Assembly: GCA_051294375.1 (NCBI GenBank)
Contig: CM119263.1
Location: forward strand, 17,942,628 to 18,006,627
Length of the DNA: 64,000 nt
Reading direction: 5' to 3'
Origin: Paraspadella gotoi
Taxonomy: Eukaryota; Animalia; Chaetognatha
In this document: positions 1 through 13,646 of the stretch, piece by piece
Layout of the letters: each line of letters opens with the position of its first letter
Numbering within the stretch: the stretch's first letter is position 1
Position numbers and translations under genes: made by a program
The notes under the pieces: model-generated
The model's input: only the letters and a program-made list of their open reading frames with translations
What the model was told of the DNA's origin: nothing
Databases searched by the model: none

Positions 1-904
1 AAAAAATTATGTCCTTATTGTTAACCATTAAAAAGTTATTATTTCGTCTATAAATCAGACAACAAAATAGACGAAATAATACAATTACTAAAACTCAAAA
101 AACATCCGAGATAATTTTTTATAATTGAAAAAAAAGGTTGCCTATGGATGCTCAAACCCTCATACATCCTGAATTATTAAAAATGAAACTATAGTACATA
201 GGAAAAAGGCTTTTTATAATTATAATATAATAATAGTTTAGAAGAAGGGATAAAATTGTAATCAAATCATATCCGTTTAAAGCATTTATGTTTATGTATA
301 AACTTTGTCATGGTTAAAAAAAATATATTTATCTTTTCATAAATATTAATATTATATTTATTATTATTTATCATTTGACTATATAAGATTGGATTTTATA
401 TTAATTTTTCTTCAAAAATAAGTTCAGACTGAATTTCAGTAAAGCAAAACAAAAAATAGCGATTAATTTCTAAACTGTTTTCCTATAAAAACAGAAAAAA
501 ACTATTAAAAATTACAACCTGCAGCTACTAAAAACTAATAAAATTATTAAGAATTATGAAATTATTAATAAAACATAGAAAATATCATTAATAAGACCTA
601 TGTTATTAAAAAAAAAACTAAACTCATCGTCAGATTTCACAGGTAAAAGATGCTCTTTTTATGAAAAATTCGCAAATATCCGCCAGGTTCGGCTAGTATC
701 TTTTGTTCTTTTTGACCGGCTTGACCGGTCTTTAACATTTAAAAAGATACGAAATGACGTATTCGATCTCGGGATCTCTCATGTTCGATGCATTAAAGTT
801 AAATAATTTTATTACGAAAATTATTTATTTATTCGTCTGATTAAGTGTGCGAACGTTTTTAATGAACTCGATGTCTGTATATTTCCAACTTTTGGGACTA
901 CTAT

Positions 905-1220
905 GAATCAGTGACTAGGGAAAAGAGAGAGGGAGAGAGACATGTAATTAAAAGAGAAAAGAGAGAGAAAAAAATATAAAAATAAAAAGAGAAAATTTGT
1001 TTGTTTTGATAAACATAAACAAAATATTTAATAACTGTCCAGACTCAATTTTAAGCACATCGATGATGAGAACCTGTATTTAAATTTTCAGCTTCATACA
1101 CCCAAATTTAATCATAAAAAAGGCAATCTATAATTTGGAACGCCGCCGACGACGACACTTATGCGCAAAAGCGTTACAATCTCGACGCAAACGCTAAGCG
1201 ATTGCGACGATAAAAAAGTT
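905..1220. repeat. Dispersed repeat module
   Basis: Near-identical reverse-complement copy at about 33460-33780 and a partial copy at about 4915-5010. Confidence 0.8.
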
Positions 1221-1299
1221 AAAGTACTATCTAGGAAAAAAGTATATAACATAATTCATTTATTCAATAAAAAGTATACAAAATATGGGTAAAACATTC

Positions 1300-1480
1300 T
1301 CAATATTTGGTATGCCCTTCCACTGCCAGCATTTGTCTGGGCATGCTCTCATACAGCAAATTGAGGTATGACAGTAAAATGTTTTTCTACATCTTTAACG
1401 CAATTCTTTTCAGACCCGATGTTGATGATTTTACATGTCCTTCCCTCTTTTCTAAAAGGTATAATAGCACTTTTTTGAAC
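1300..1480 (-). pseudogene. Tc1/mariner transposase C-terminal remnant
   Basis: Minus strand reads ..GLKRIALKM*KNILLSYLNLLYESMPRQMLAVEGHTKY*, resembling the Tc1 C-terminus (LxxSMPRR..AV...GGxTKY*), with an internal stop at the usual Trp position. Confidence 0.65.
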
Positions 1481-1557
1481 CAAAAAGAGATGCATTGCCA
1501 AATTAAAAAAAATATAAAAAAATAACTATTCGAAAAAAAAAAACATAACTAAATATC

Positions 1558-2126
1558 AACAAGTTTGGACAAACAATGTCGGATCTGCCTACGATAATTA
1601 AGCGGTAATCAGCTAATCAGATGATAAATCAATATCAATAAGCTTCGTCACACACTTTCCTACCCACACACAAAATTTCAACTCAATCTATCCATTTAAT
1701 TATGATTAATAATAATTGGTTAAATAAATAATTATTGGTTAAAATAAGTAAAAAGATTTTAGTAAATGTGACTTATGTTTTTTCCATTTAAACTAATTTT
1801 CACTCGCACGATTCCATCGAAACTTTATATCCAGCTTCATCACACACTTTCCTACCCACACACAAAATTTAATTCCAATCTAACCACCTAATCACAAGTT
1901 ATTGGAGCTTTTTGCTAAGGTGGTACGGACGGACAGACAGACATTTTTTTGCATAATTTATCTGTCCGTATTTCAAAATAAATTCGTTGTACCACATTCA
2001 AAAACTTTGCATTTCTCTATAGCATAATTTATCTTAATTCGATGTTCTGACATGATGTAAGTGAATGCCCGACGGACTGACAAAGTGAATTATAGAATCG
2101 GGATTTGCTGAAAGCAGATCCGAGTA
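1558..2126 (-). mobile_element. Helentron/DINE-1-like non-autonomous element, family A
   Basis: Sub-terminal inverted repeats TCGGATCTGC (1579-1588) / GCAGATCCGA (2114-2123), terminal hairpin 2098-2123, (GAC[G/A])n microsatellite at about 1925-1942, internal ~200-bp repeated module. Related copies at about 6380-7560, 28486-32429, 44545-45360 and 49595-50020. Confidence 0.7.
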
Positions 2127-2463
2127 AAAATGGAGGAAAACTAAATATATTTTTTTTTGGGCCATTTTTCATTTGAAGTAACAATATTTTTTGGCCTGTA
2201 ACTTCAAAACGATTTGACCTACAAAAAAATGGAAGGAAATTACTGAAAGGAAATTCAATGTAGATCTGGAAACATTCTGATTTTTTAAAAAATTAAACAA
2301 GTTTTCGAATAGATATCTTTTATTAAAAATGTTATATACTTTTTTCTTAGATAGTAAAGAGTACTAATAGATAGCGATTAAACCTAAGTACAAATCTGAC
2401 AGGCACCAATTTCAAAATAATTGCGGCAGATTTGGCTCTTATTTCCCTTATTTACACCCGTAC

Positions 2464-5400
2464 CTGCAAGTTCTGGTGATGCGCAACAGATGAAAAAAGG
2501 GCCGCTGGTGTTTGCGGTGTCCAACTGTGCGGAGGCGGGGCTGCCAGAGGCGCAGTGCGCGGGTTCGTCGCATAAGGATTCGAATTAATCCGACGACGAG
2601 GGATGGCACCGGCAGAGGATGAGGCAAAAGGGAGGGGGTTCAGTTGAGGTGGAGAGCCAATAGGAAGTTGCTGCCGACCGGGTGAAAGTATAATTCAATC
2701 ATGAGTTGCAAATTTTAAATTTGCAGGCTTAAAACATCATCGCAATAACTCACTTTAGCCGGTTGTAAGCCGGGAGGAGATTGGTTAATTGACTGCATTT
2801 TATTTTGTATTGAAGTCGAACTCAAAGCTGGTGAATTCGGAAGGATAGCTGAATTGGGAAAATCGTCTTAAAAATATCTAAAAATCCTAATGTCTTCATT
2901 CACTCTTCAAGCAACATCCTTCCTTACCCGTAACTCCACCAAAAGCGGCACTTGCTGTTGTCGGGGTGTTATTAGGTGTGGTGTTTGGAGGAGAACAACT
3001 GCCAACACCAGTATCTAATGACGCCGCCGAAGATTGACTCAGGGTCCGGAGTCGATGAAAGGAAGTTCTATGGTTGAGTTCAATATTGGGACCGCCGCCC
3101 ACACCTTCAATAATTCCCTGTGTATAAGAATGATTCAGGTGAGTGAGAGACAAAAAAAAACAAACTCCGTAGAATAATTAAAAAAAAATTTTTCTGAGAC
3201 CTGCAATGAGTATCCGGTTACAGGATTCGGTAGAAGACCTTGATTCCTGGATCCAGCCATGCCCAGAAAAGAAGATGACGCGGAAACTTTCTCGGCGTCA
3301 CCGGCCGAGGAAGCCGACTTGTCCGGCAACGTAGTGTTCGATGCCGTCGACTTTTTCCGGCGTCGATGTCGTTTCCTCTCTTTTTCCGCGGGAGGTTTAA
3401 AATCCAAATCTTTGCGAAGGTGTCCTTTGCCGCAAAGGCAGTCGCAGGCTCGAAACGCAAGATCGTAACTGAGAAAACGAGTCATTATAGCATATAAAAT
3501 CTGAGCACCTGTATGAAGAAGTTTAGGAATTATTTTTAAAAATAGTGAATGAAAAAAAATATTAAGTTGCAGTGCTAATTATAAAACAAAATCTTAAAAG
3601 TATAGTGATCTAGCCAGACGTTACTATTAAAAAAATTAATAAAAAACTTAAAAAAAAAAAAAGAATGATGTAATAATTATTGATTAATATAATAGTAATT
3701 GATTGTTATAATAATAATTGATTCAGGTAATAATAATTAATTCATATAATAATAATTGATTGATATAATAATAATTGATTGATATAATAATAAAATTAAT
3801 GTAATAATAATATATTAATATAATAGTAATATATTGATATAATAATGATTGATATACTGATGCGATGATACCCAAATACTGATGCGATGATACCCAAATA
3901 CTGATGCGATGATACCCAAATACTGATGCGATGATACCCAAATACTGATGCGATGTTACCCAAATACTGATGCAATGATACCCAAATACTGATGCGATGA
4001 TAGCCAAATACTAATGCCATGATAACTAAATACTGATGCCATGATAACCAAATACTGATGCCATGATAACCAAATACTGATGCTATGATAACCAAATGAT
4101 ATGATGATAAGCAAATAACCAAATATTTAAGGCGATGATAATCATTTATTGATGCTATAAGTTATCATAAATAAAATATGCATGTAGGAGAGAGAAAAAA
4201 AAATCTTAAAAGCATAAGGATCGTCGCAATTGTATAAAAAAAAATATAGACCCATAACAAATTTAAACATTCAAAAAATCATATTTGATAAAGGAAAACT
4301 ATGTTTTATTTTTAAATCAATTAAAAAAAAAAAAGAGAAAGAGAGAGAAAGAAAGAAAGAAGCCAAATCGTTTTTGGACAAATCAGCAGCGGCAGCAGCA
4401 AAGGCAGCCAGAAAAAAAGAAAAAAAATTAAAAAGCAGCAGCAGAAGCAGCAGGAAAAAACAGAAAAAGAAAAAACTCGTTTTTAAATGAATCAGAAGAA
4501 GCAATTTTAAGAAAAATTTTAATTTATAATAATTTATTTATATATATATAAAATTGTTTTATTAATAAAACAAACAAATAAGTGTAATAATATGAAACGT
4601 GTAAATCTAAAAGATCCTGCTGATTAAAAGATATATCTAAATTTTTAGCTTTTTAGTATTTCACACTTTTATAATTTCCAATTGTAAAAAAGTGTAACAA
4701 CGATGACAACAAAGAAGCAGAAGCGATCTTACATCTCGCCCAAGTGGGGCTTTAGCAGGTCTGGCGAGATAAAAAAATACAACAAAAAAACAAGTTTGAG
4801 CAAACAATGTCGGAATGCTGCCTTACGATAATTAATTAATAAGATTAATTAATTAATTAATAGATTAATTATTAATTATGATAAATTAATTAATTAATTT
4901 TAATAATTAATTATAATTATATTCAGCTTGTCCTCATCGATGTCCTTAAATTGAGTCAGAACAGTTATTAAATGTTTTGTTTACATTTTATCAAAACAAA
5001 CAAATATCCTCTATTATCGATTTTGATTCGGTTTAGCTTTCGGTCACGCTTTTTTGCAATCATGGCTTCTGAAAGTGTGATATCAAAGGGAGTTGAAATT
5101 TCATATATGGCTTCTAAGATACAGGATCTTTAAAATTCTCATGTTTCATATCATATTCGTATTTGTTTATGTTTTATTTACAAAAACAAAAACGTTTTAA
5201 TTATATGTCGTCTCTCCTCTCTTTCTTTTAAATATATGTCGCTCCTCTCTCTCTCTCTTTTCTCCGTCACTGCTTCTTCTGATTTTCTCTCTCAGCTTCT
5301 TTCTCTCTCTCTCTCTCTCTTTTTTTTTTCTTTTTACAAAAAAATTTTGATATAATGTGGGCTCACTAATGTAAAAAGCTGCGCGAACAGGTGTGCGAAC

Positions 5401-8400
5401 GTCGGGTCCTTTGGGTAGAGAAAAGCTCACGTCCTACGTCCACGCGCATGGGTACTGCTGATTCCTTAACGAGTAAAGGGGCTGTAGAGCTTTCTTCTTT
5501 CTCTCTCTTTTAATTATTATATATCGGCTCTTTCTCTCTCTCTTTTTCTCTGCAGCGGGCTGTCTCTCCCTCTCTCTTTTTCTCTCGTGGTGTCTGCCTC
5601 TTTGTCCGATCTCTTGCGTAATGTTTGTTTTTTGAAAAATTCTGATTATTTTTTTCCTTCTAAAAACTTTTTATTACCATTTATTCGCGCTTTTTTCATA
5701 ACAAATCCATATTTTCACCGAATTTTCTGGATTTATTCTCTTTCTTTCTCTCTCCTCTCTCTCTGCTTCTCTTCTCTCTTCGACCTCAATGACTGAGCGA
5801 TGTTGTAGTGACAGAGCAGTCGCAAGCATGAATGACAATAGCGAAGTCAGGAAGACTATCAGTAAGCAGCAGGTGAAGGGGGAGTGACATCTAGCGCGCA
5901 TCAAGTAAGTTGATTACAGTCGAATGGCAATAATCAGACCAGTACCCTAATAAAGGGTACGATTATTACAGCTCAACAAGATTAGATGTTACCTTAACAA
6001 CTAAACTATGAGCAGATCAGATATTTCGTGATCAGTTGATCCGAGGGTGGCCGGCGGCAGGGGTTTCAAAGTTTCGTTGAGTAGGTGGGCTCGTGGCATC
6101 GATCGGGAGCTTGTTAAGATTGTTATTTATTGTTATGCCCTTCTCTGCTCTCTGCTCTCTCTCTCACTCTCGTCGCTCTCGCACTCTCAGCTCTCTCTCT
6201 CTTCTCTCTCACTATCAGCTCTCTCTCTCTCCTCTCTCGAACTCTGTCTTTCTCGTCTGCTCTCTCTCATTTTAATGCAATTGCGACCATGCCTTATGCT
6301 GTTGTTAAGATTTTTGTTGATAACATTGTATCATTTTTTCAACGTTAGCAGGATGCTTTTTTCAACTTGCATTCGTCGAAAACTTTAATATCTAAGACTT
6401 GCTTTCACTCAGGCTTTCCTACTGTGGCTCACAAATTTTCATCCTCAATCTATCATAGGGTTAAAATAAAATATAAAGGATTCAAAGTAAATGTGAGCTG
6501 CATTTTTTTTGCATTTAAACTCATTTCCACTGGTACGTTTCCACTTGAAACTTTATATCAAGCTTCGTGCAGGCACTATTTTGCGGGCTACCGACTTGAG
6601 CGTGGAACATCGGCGGGGTCGGATGAGCTTGGGCGGCACGGTGGCCACACAAAATTTCAACTCATCATCTGACCATAATTATGATTAATAATAGTTAAAT
6701 AAATATTATTGTTAAAATAAGTAAAAAGATTTTAGTAAATGTGACTTATGTTTTTTCCATTTAAACTAATTTTCACTCGCACGATTCCATCGAAACTTTA
6801 TATCCAGCTTCATCACACACTTTCCTACCACAACACAAAATTTAATTCCAATCTACACCCTAATCACAAGTTATTGGAGCTTTTTGGCTAAGGATTAGGG
6901 ATGGTCGGATATGACTAGATATGGTTTATTTTGATTATTTACCTAATGTATTCAATGTTCTGACATAACTATATTTTAGATGCGACACCTGCAAGTGAAT
7001 TAATTAGAATGGAAGAATGCAATGAACATTTCGAGTAAAACGGTTTTTTGTTTTTTTCGGACATTTAAACTCATTTTCCAACTTCAAACATATCCAATCG
7101 GAATACTTGACTTCCTGTTTCAATCAGACACTTTGCGCTACCCACATACAAATTCGGAGGGTCAATCAGCCATTCCACTTATGAGCAAGTTGGTGTTCAA
7201 AATAGTGAAATATTTTTTTTGTTTTTCGGCATTGTTAAACTCATTTCCAACTCGAGCGATTCCATCGAAACTTCATATGGGCAGGGCTGCAATGCACACA
7301 CTTACAGCTAATCTATTCAAACAAAATTTCATTTAAAAATCCATCATCCAATCTACGAGTAAAGTTGGTTGGGTTTTTGGCTAAGGTGGGACGGGAACGA
7401 CGGACGGACACGGACGGACGGACAGACAACGGACATCATTTTTTTACATAATTTATATGCATAATTCGATGTTCTGAACATGATATATAAGTGTGTGGCC
7501 GCCACATATTGAGGGGGTCGGCCGAGCGGACGGGCGAAAAAGTGAGTTATGAAATGCTGGTCGTTATACGATATGGGGTTATGTCCGAGTGGAGTGCGTG
7601 AATCTCTGTGTCTCGCATGCGGCGGTGTTATCGTGGGGTGAGGGATCGGGGAATGGTGCTGATTAGGCAGGATTCCACTAAAGAACGCAAGAAAAAGATC
7701 TCTCTATACTTACCCTTTCTTGGTCCACAGATTTTGCTGTCTCTGCTTGTCGTTCCAAGACCGGGCTCGGCCGCAGCCCTTGAGGAAGTTAAGGATGTGT
7801 TGTTCCCAGGCGTCGAAGCAGACCCGGTGCATGTATCCACTCTGCGTACAGTTGTCGTTGTTGCAGTTCACTGTCGATAGAATTCAAAGTTATATCTTGA
7901 AATAGATTAAAGCGAGCAATAAACTCACCTTTGACACAATCTGCATAATCGGCTGGGAGATGAAGGGGTCGGCCTACGAAGCACGAACCGTGCGGCACGC
8001 AGCAGATTACATGGGACTCCGACTCAGACTCGCTTTCCTGCCAAAATAATTTTTACGAGCTGCAGTGAAAATTATAAAGAAAACAATATTTCTGATTAAT
8101 ATTAATGAATATTTCTACATCGGTACGTAAACATCAATACTCTACTACGTACTATGGTGTCTGAAATGCCATCATGCTTCCTTATTTAACTTTACTGGCT
8201 AAAGATACGGTTCACCCAGAGATTTGATTAGGTTTTTATTACCACTTACAATTTGATTGAGTTTAGACGAGGGATCGAAATGACTCCAATCCTCTTCTGA
8301 GCCGAAGACACAGTCCTCCGCCTCTTCTACAACCGACAAGGGAGTACGACCTGACAAAGAAAGAATAACGATTAATTTAATATACTTAGAAATATTATTT

Positions 8401-9339
8401 TTTTAAATTTCGTATTTTTTGTTTGTTCTAACCAGCAGCTCCCAAGTCATCGAAGCTCCCGCCCGCTTCCGAATACGCCGACGAGTCGTTGCGAGATTCT
8501 AAGGAACAGACAGAGTGCGCCGCCGCCGCGGATGTCGACGCTGTAAGCGTGAGGTTGACGCCGTCTGATAGCCCAGGAAGCGCCGAGAGTCGATCTGCGG
8601 TCTCAGAAACGACTCGATCCTCCTCGTCGCGAGGACCTACGGCTTCTTCGTCAAGTTCTGTCGCGGCCGCAGATTCGGATAATGAAGATGGTAGGTTTAA
8701 CCCACGCGACGCTTCTTCGGGACAGAGAGAGGCCTAGAGCAGTTACCAGAAAGATGTAACGAGATCGGTACGACCATCAAGAAGAGCGATGCTCTGTTGT
8801 ATCTCAGTCAAGAGATATGTCGACTTTTATTTCGTCTTTTTCTCGTGATCATTAGGAATTCTGAGATTAAACAAGATTCCTTCAAAATACGCAATAAACG
8901 TACCTTTATTTGTACGTGGATTCTTATGTGTACTTACCTATATTTTCCTGATTAAACGGTTGACAATGAGTATTGTATCTGTGTACTTTTGATTATCTAT
9001 ACGGACCGATCCGGGGGGTCGACGAGGGGGATCTCTAAATCTAAAGCGTGTTACCGAGTATCTGTGACAGGTCAGGAATTTACCTTGACGTCGTCGACGA
9101 AGCTTTCTACGTCTGCGACGTCTGTTTCCGACTTTGATGACTTTCTGCCGGCCGACGGTTTTTTCGATGCCGCCGACGACGACGCGACGTTGCCCTTTCC
9201 CGACGCCCCTACCTGAAAACCGGATATTGTTAAACTTCTGTGGGGGGGGGGGCAACGTCATATACGGCGTTTCGATCATACAAACCTGACTCGCGGTACC
9301 ATCTTCCTTACTCTTGTTACGGCGGCGATGATGCGGCAT
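2464..9339 (-). CDS. HECA: Headcase protein homolog (HECA/hdc), N-terminal 10 exons; gene probably continues beyond the left end of the window
   Basis: GT-AG exons 9339-9286, 9212-9084, 8733-8433, 8350-8250, 8037-7929, 7870-7714, 3468-3201, 3117-2928, 2866-2754, 2670-2464 splice in phase without stops. The spliced core reads CCVPHGSCFVGRP..CVKVNCNNDNCTQSGYMHRVCFDAWEQHILNFLKGCGRARSWNDKQRQQNLWTKKGYDLAFRACDCLCGKGHLRKDLD, the conserved Headcase N-terminal domain (GRARSW..QNxWTKKGYDLAFRxCxCxCGxGHLxKD). No stop codon or C-terminal domain found in the window. Confidence 0.93.
3588..4772. mobile_element. Helentron-like element, family C, carrying 22-bp tandem arrays
   Basis: Sub-terminal IR ATCTAGCCAGAC (3608-3619) / GTCTGGCGAGAT (4759-4770) plus partial IR ATCTCGCC (4733-4740). 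The same terminus (AAAATCTTAAAAGTATAGTGATCTCGCCAG) recurs at about 24030, about 27870-27910 (reverse) and about 60355; the other terminus at about 14285. Confidence 0.6.
3855..4140. repeat. 22-bp tandem repeat (GATGCGATGATACCCAAATACT)n, about 12 copies
   Basis: Direct reading; it produces the spurious repetitive ORFs 3723-4122. Confidence 0.95.
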
Positions 9340-9709
9340 AACACAAACGACACTATTATTGAAGGAGTTCCTGCTTTCCCAAATGTTTATATTTTAATTT
9401 AAGGCGGCGGTGACGACGACGACATTATTTCCATCGTCGTCGTTTCCGTCGCCATCGACGAAATTTTGTCGAGGCGTTTATATTGGAAGAAAAACACGCG
9501 GTCCCTCGTAGTCAAATTTGCAATCTGGATAGGCAAGTAAATAAAATTTACCACAACGGAAAATAATGTACAAATGAAAGATAGCGATATTATGAAAAAA
9601 ACATTTCTTCGGTTATATTACGGTTGGGCCATCTCGATTAAAAATATTAAAGGCATGAGATACTAATAAGACTTTTATTTTGGCAAAGATGGAGGTCTTG
9701 TTTTTGTGT

Positions 9710-10086
9710 ATTGGGAAAGAAATCCCGTGACTGCATAATGAGATGGTCATGATTTTCCATTGGGCGAAATTTTAATGTCATGATTATGTTCAATGCTGAT
9801 TCGCCACAATATTTAATGTGATATGAAAGGCGGGCGAGGCGACAATGAAATTTGATTGGCTAAAAAGTTGAGAATCTTCGCTCTGATGCTTGTTGAATAA
9901 AAGCAGCGTTATCATTGAGCCATCCTACATAATGATTGGATGAAAAAATTCGAGTCCTCAAATTTGTTCCATTGGCTCCTTCGTGCAAAGATTCTCAGCG
10001 TAGAATAGTGATTGGGCGAAGCATTTAAGAGTTAACGTCGAAGATTAACTATTGGTAGATTTCGGAAAAAAACAAACTCGGATTGG
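9710..10086 (-). promoter_or_regulatory. Array of co-oriented CCAAT boxes (putative NF-Y promoter of headcase)
   Basis: ATTGG on + at 9710, 9759, 9855, 9935, 9971, 10011, 10051, 10082 (plus 9482). All read CCAAT on the headcase strand; the last five are spaced 36, 40, 40 and 31 bp, 0.4-0.75 kb upstream of the ATG. Confidence 0.6.
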
Positions 10087-10569
10087 TTGACCTACTTATA
10101 CAGGAATGTGTTTATCGGCAGTAGCACTTCCAGGGGAAATTAACATCTTCCGAGGTCGACGTGTTGCTCTTTCAGAATTTTGGAGAAAAATATATATATA
10201 ATTTGATAAACCGTACTGATATTATATGTACTATTCGTAAACTACTTTAGATAACGCTCGGTTAAGACCAGGAAATATATAATGGAAGAAAGTGCCTTTA
10301 AAGCTCTTTTGAAACAACTGCGCAAAAAAGCATGAGTGGGCGAATCTGGGCCGTTTGTTTCAGAAACTGGGTCAAAGTTTTGGGCTCTGGCCTGGATCAA
10401 AGATTGAAAACGAAGAGGAACACTAACTGCTTCGCGAGGAATAGTCAATAGATAATACAATTGAAACATTCTTTGAAATATTGGGCTACTTCATTGATAG
10501 GGAAACCAGGTACTATGGGAGTGAATGAACGAGACTGAGTCTTGATTGAAAGCTTGCAGGGACCTGCTA

Positions 10570-11065
10570 TGTCATTATATTGTAAGAGTGATGGAAGCCT
10601 TAAACGCACCAAGCCTATCCAAGGTCAGGGGCAAGATAGCTTATTTATTAAATGAATGGATAATTTTTGTACTGGTTGTACCAATTTCATAAGCTTATAA
10701 TATAATTTAAATAAGTTAAATATAAGTAATATTTGTTTCTTTTTATTTGGTTTAGTTTTTGAATTTTTTTTACGTTGATATACTTTTTATTAAAGATATT
10801 CAATATCTCAGGAATTTTTATTATTTTATTATGAAAATTGCACAATTATTTGTTTTATTATATTAAGTATTAGATTTTATAATATTCATTAAAATTATAT
10901 ATTATAAATTCTATATTTTTTAAAAAATTTTAATCTGAAAATATTATGAAATTGGTACAACCAATATAAAAATTATCCTTTCATTTAATAAATATGCTAT
11001 CTTACCCCTGACTTTGGACAGGCTTTGATGGTTTAAGGCCTCCATTACTCTTACAAGATATAGCA
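10570..11065. mobile_element. Fold-back/MITE-like element with ~120-bp inverted arms
   Basis: Arm TTGTAAGAGTGATGGAAGCCTTAAAC...GGTTGTACCAATTTCATAA (about 10580-10693) is mirrored at about 10945-11060. Single arms recur at about 37965-38078, 47350-47430 and 47630-47705. Confidence 0.7.
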
Positions 11066-12377
11066 ATATAATAATTTTAATTAACTCATGATTCGAAACA
11101 TTTTTGAAAAAAAATATTTTAATATAATAATGGATTCATTTAATGCTGTTCCCATTAAAATTTAAATTTGGTTGGCTACCGCTACTAAAAGGCTGAACAT
11201 AAAGAGGTAGAATAGGTAATTTTTGGGGGGGATTAAGGTTATATTTAATTTTTTTATTTTTTCCATTTTCTTAAGGATAAGACTATTAAGTAGAATTGTA
11301 AGCTCTGATAGGGATACATACTGGAAAAAAAATTTATAGGGGTACCTTTATATTTTCAGTGTAATTTTTAATTATTATTTTAAATGTTTTATTATATATA
11401 TTTTTTTCTCTGTTTAAAACTTTAAATTAATGTATATTTTAAAATAAGAAGGTCATCAGTTAGGAACCTATTCATGGATTAAGGCTTTTTAATCCCAATA
11501 TCCAGGTACAGGCGAGCCATCACCAAATGGTGATCCTTCCATAATTATATCTATTTTATGTTATTTTTTTAATTAGTAATGTTAAACCGATGACAACTGA
11601 ATAATTCATCAAGACACTAACATTACCATACTTTTAATATTTAATTTATATAATTTTTTATATTATTATTTTTTTATTTATATTTTTTTTTTAAATATAT
11701 ATTGGTTGTACCAATTTCATGTGATATGATATATATGATAGTCAATATCTCTTTTAACAGGGAGGCAAATAATCTTTACAGATTGTCTTGCTAATACTAA
11801 TTGAGCACCCTTTCATAGACTAGGAATGACAAACTTTGATACTTCATATTTCGTGGATATCCTGATTATTATTATTAGTAAGAAAGAAAATAAAATCGCC
11901 GGCCGAATTCTTTAAAAATTCCATTGCCCGTTAAGAATTTATTCTGAATTCTTTTTTGGGCATTTATCTTTTTTTCTCTTCATTTTCCCATAAGCCTCCC
12001 GAACGTATTCAAATCCAGGGCCGCCACAAATTGTAAAAATTCTACTAATTGCTTAAAATTTAATTTGGAGGTTAACTTAAGGTAGACTGAAAAATGTTTT
12101 CAAACATGGATTGGCGGTGCGCTAATTTTATTTCAGAACGAAAGAGCAAAGAGTTTCTCTTTATTATCAATAGAAATCTAATCAGTGTTTGCATAAACGC
12201 CCCTTCATTGAATTCAGAACATAAGAACAGTTCTTCTGAAAGAAGCAGTCGTTTAACCCACACCGAGTACCTCAGGCCAGAGCCAACCAACAAAAAAAAA
12301 ACTTTTTGTATTTCTCAATGATATCAATTTTCCAACGCTTTGGAGTGCAAACATTTCTTTCAACGGCTATCCGTAGC

Positions 12378-13280
12378 GGCGATCCCGGAGTTGAATTCGC
12401 TCTGGAGGCTTATGGGAAAACGAAAAAAAAGAAGAGGAAAAAATAAAGTTCGTTTTTTTACGGAAAAGAAAATTTAAGACCGTAACAACAATGATATTAA
12501 AAACGTTTTTAAGCTCCACGAGCTAAGGATTTTTTTTTAATTCTTTAAAAAATTTAATTATAATATTTTTTTTCATTGCTTTTGATAGATATTTATAAAA
12601 TAAGTTTTTATTTGTGATAACCACGATCATTTAATAATTCGGATGTTTTGGTTCTTGTTTTTTGAACTTTTATCAACCAGTTTTAATAGTTTTAATAAAT
12701 ATTCGGATACTAATTTTGAGAGATAAAGAGAGAAGCAATTTTAACCTTGATATCTCTCACTCTAAATTATTAAAAGACCATTGTAATCATAAATAAAAAT
12801 TCTGTTATTTTATAAATATTATTATTATATTTTTTATAAATTTATTAATATTTAAATATTTATTTTTTTAAATGTTAAATTATTGTATACTTAAGCCAAA
12901 GTTTAATTTTAAATTTAACTTTAATTTACCCTTAACTTACCCCTAATCCAAACTTACCCCTAACCTAAATTTACCCTTACCCTTAACTTACCCTTACCCC
13001 TAACCCTAACTTACCCCTAACTTATTTTTCTAGTTAATTTAATTATAATTTATTATAACTTTAATTTTTACCAAAATATATATTAGCTGTACCAATTTTA
13101 TATAACAAAAATAAAAAATATTTTAAAAAAATTATATCTGAATTCCTTTATTTTTTTTCCCAAAACTTATCCTATTCCGTTCAATTTCGTTCTTCTTTTT
13201 TTTCCCGTTAATTCTTTAAGAAAAACTTTGTTCTTCGTTTTCCCATAGGCCTCCAAAGGGCATTGATCTCCAGGAATGCC
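12378..13280. mobile_element. MITE-like element with internal telomere-like (CCCTAA/CTTACC) repeats
   Basis: Left GGCGATCCCGGAGTTGAATTCGCTCTGGAGGCTTATGGGAAAACGAA versus reverse complement of the right end GGCATTCCTGGAGATCAATGCCCTTTGGAGGCCTATGGGAAAACGAA; a further arm at about 11975-12027; degenerate CCCTAA array at about 12925-13022. No TSD seen. Confidence 0.6.
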
Positions 13281-13646
13281 CAATATATTTTAATATTAAA
13301 TGAAAATCAACCTAGATACTCTATTCGAATTTGACTTTATTCCTCGCAACATTCATTATTCACAATTGCTTTACCTTTCATTTTCGCGAACACATAAAAT
13401 TGTGGTCCATTTGTTTTCTTTCCAGAAAAAAAAAATTATTGATTTACATATTGACTTTTTGAAATTTTTTTACGAATATTTCTAGTAGTAATGAGCTCGG
13501 AATTTGAAGACAAAGCGATACAAAAATTCTTTGACTCTGTGTTGCCCTAAAAAGCTTCCTCCAATATAAATTTAACGAAAATTAACTAGTAATTAAGTCT
13601 ACTTGGAGAAAATTGTTCAGAAATATAAAATTAAAAATAAATTAAA

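Noticed and set aside
2464-3468. Stop-codon readthrough as known for Drosophila headcase
   Set aside because: No in-frame stop in any visible exon; the relevant region may lie outside the window.
3723-4122. Repetitive-protein ORFs (IIASVFGYHRISIW..)
   Set aside because: Translation of the 22-bp satellite inside an intronic repeat element.
12925-13022. Real telomere or chromosome-fusion scar
   Set aside because: Short, degenerate and enclosed in terminal inverted repeats.
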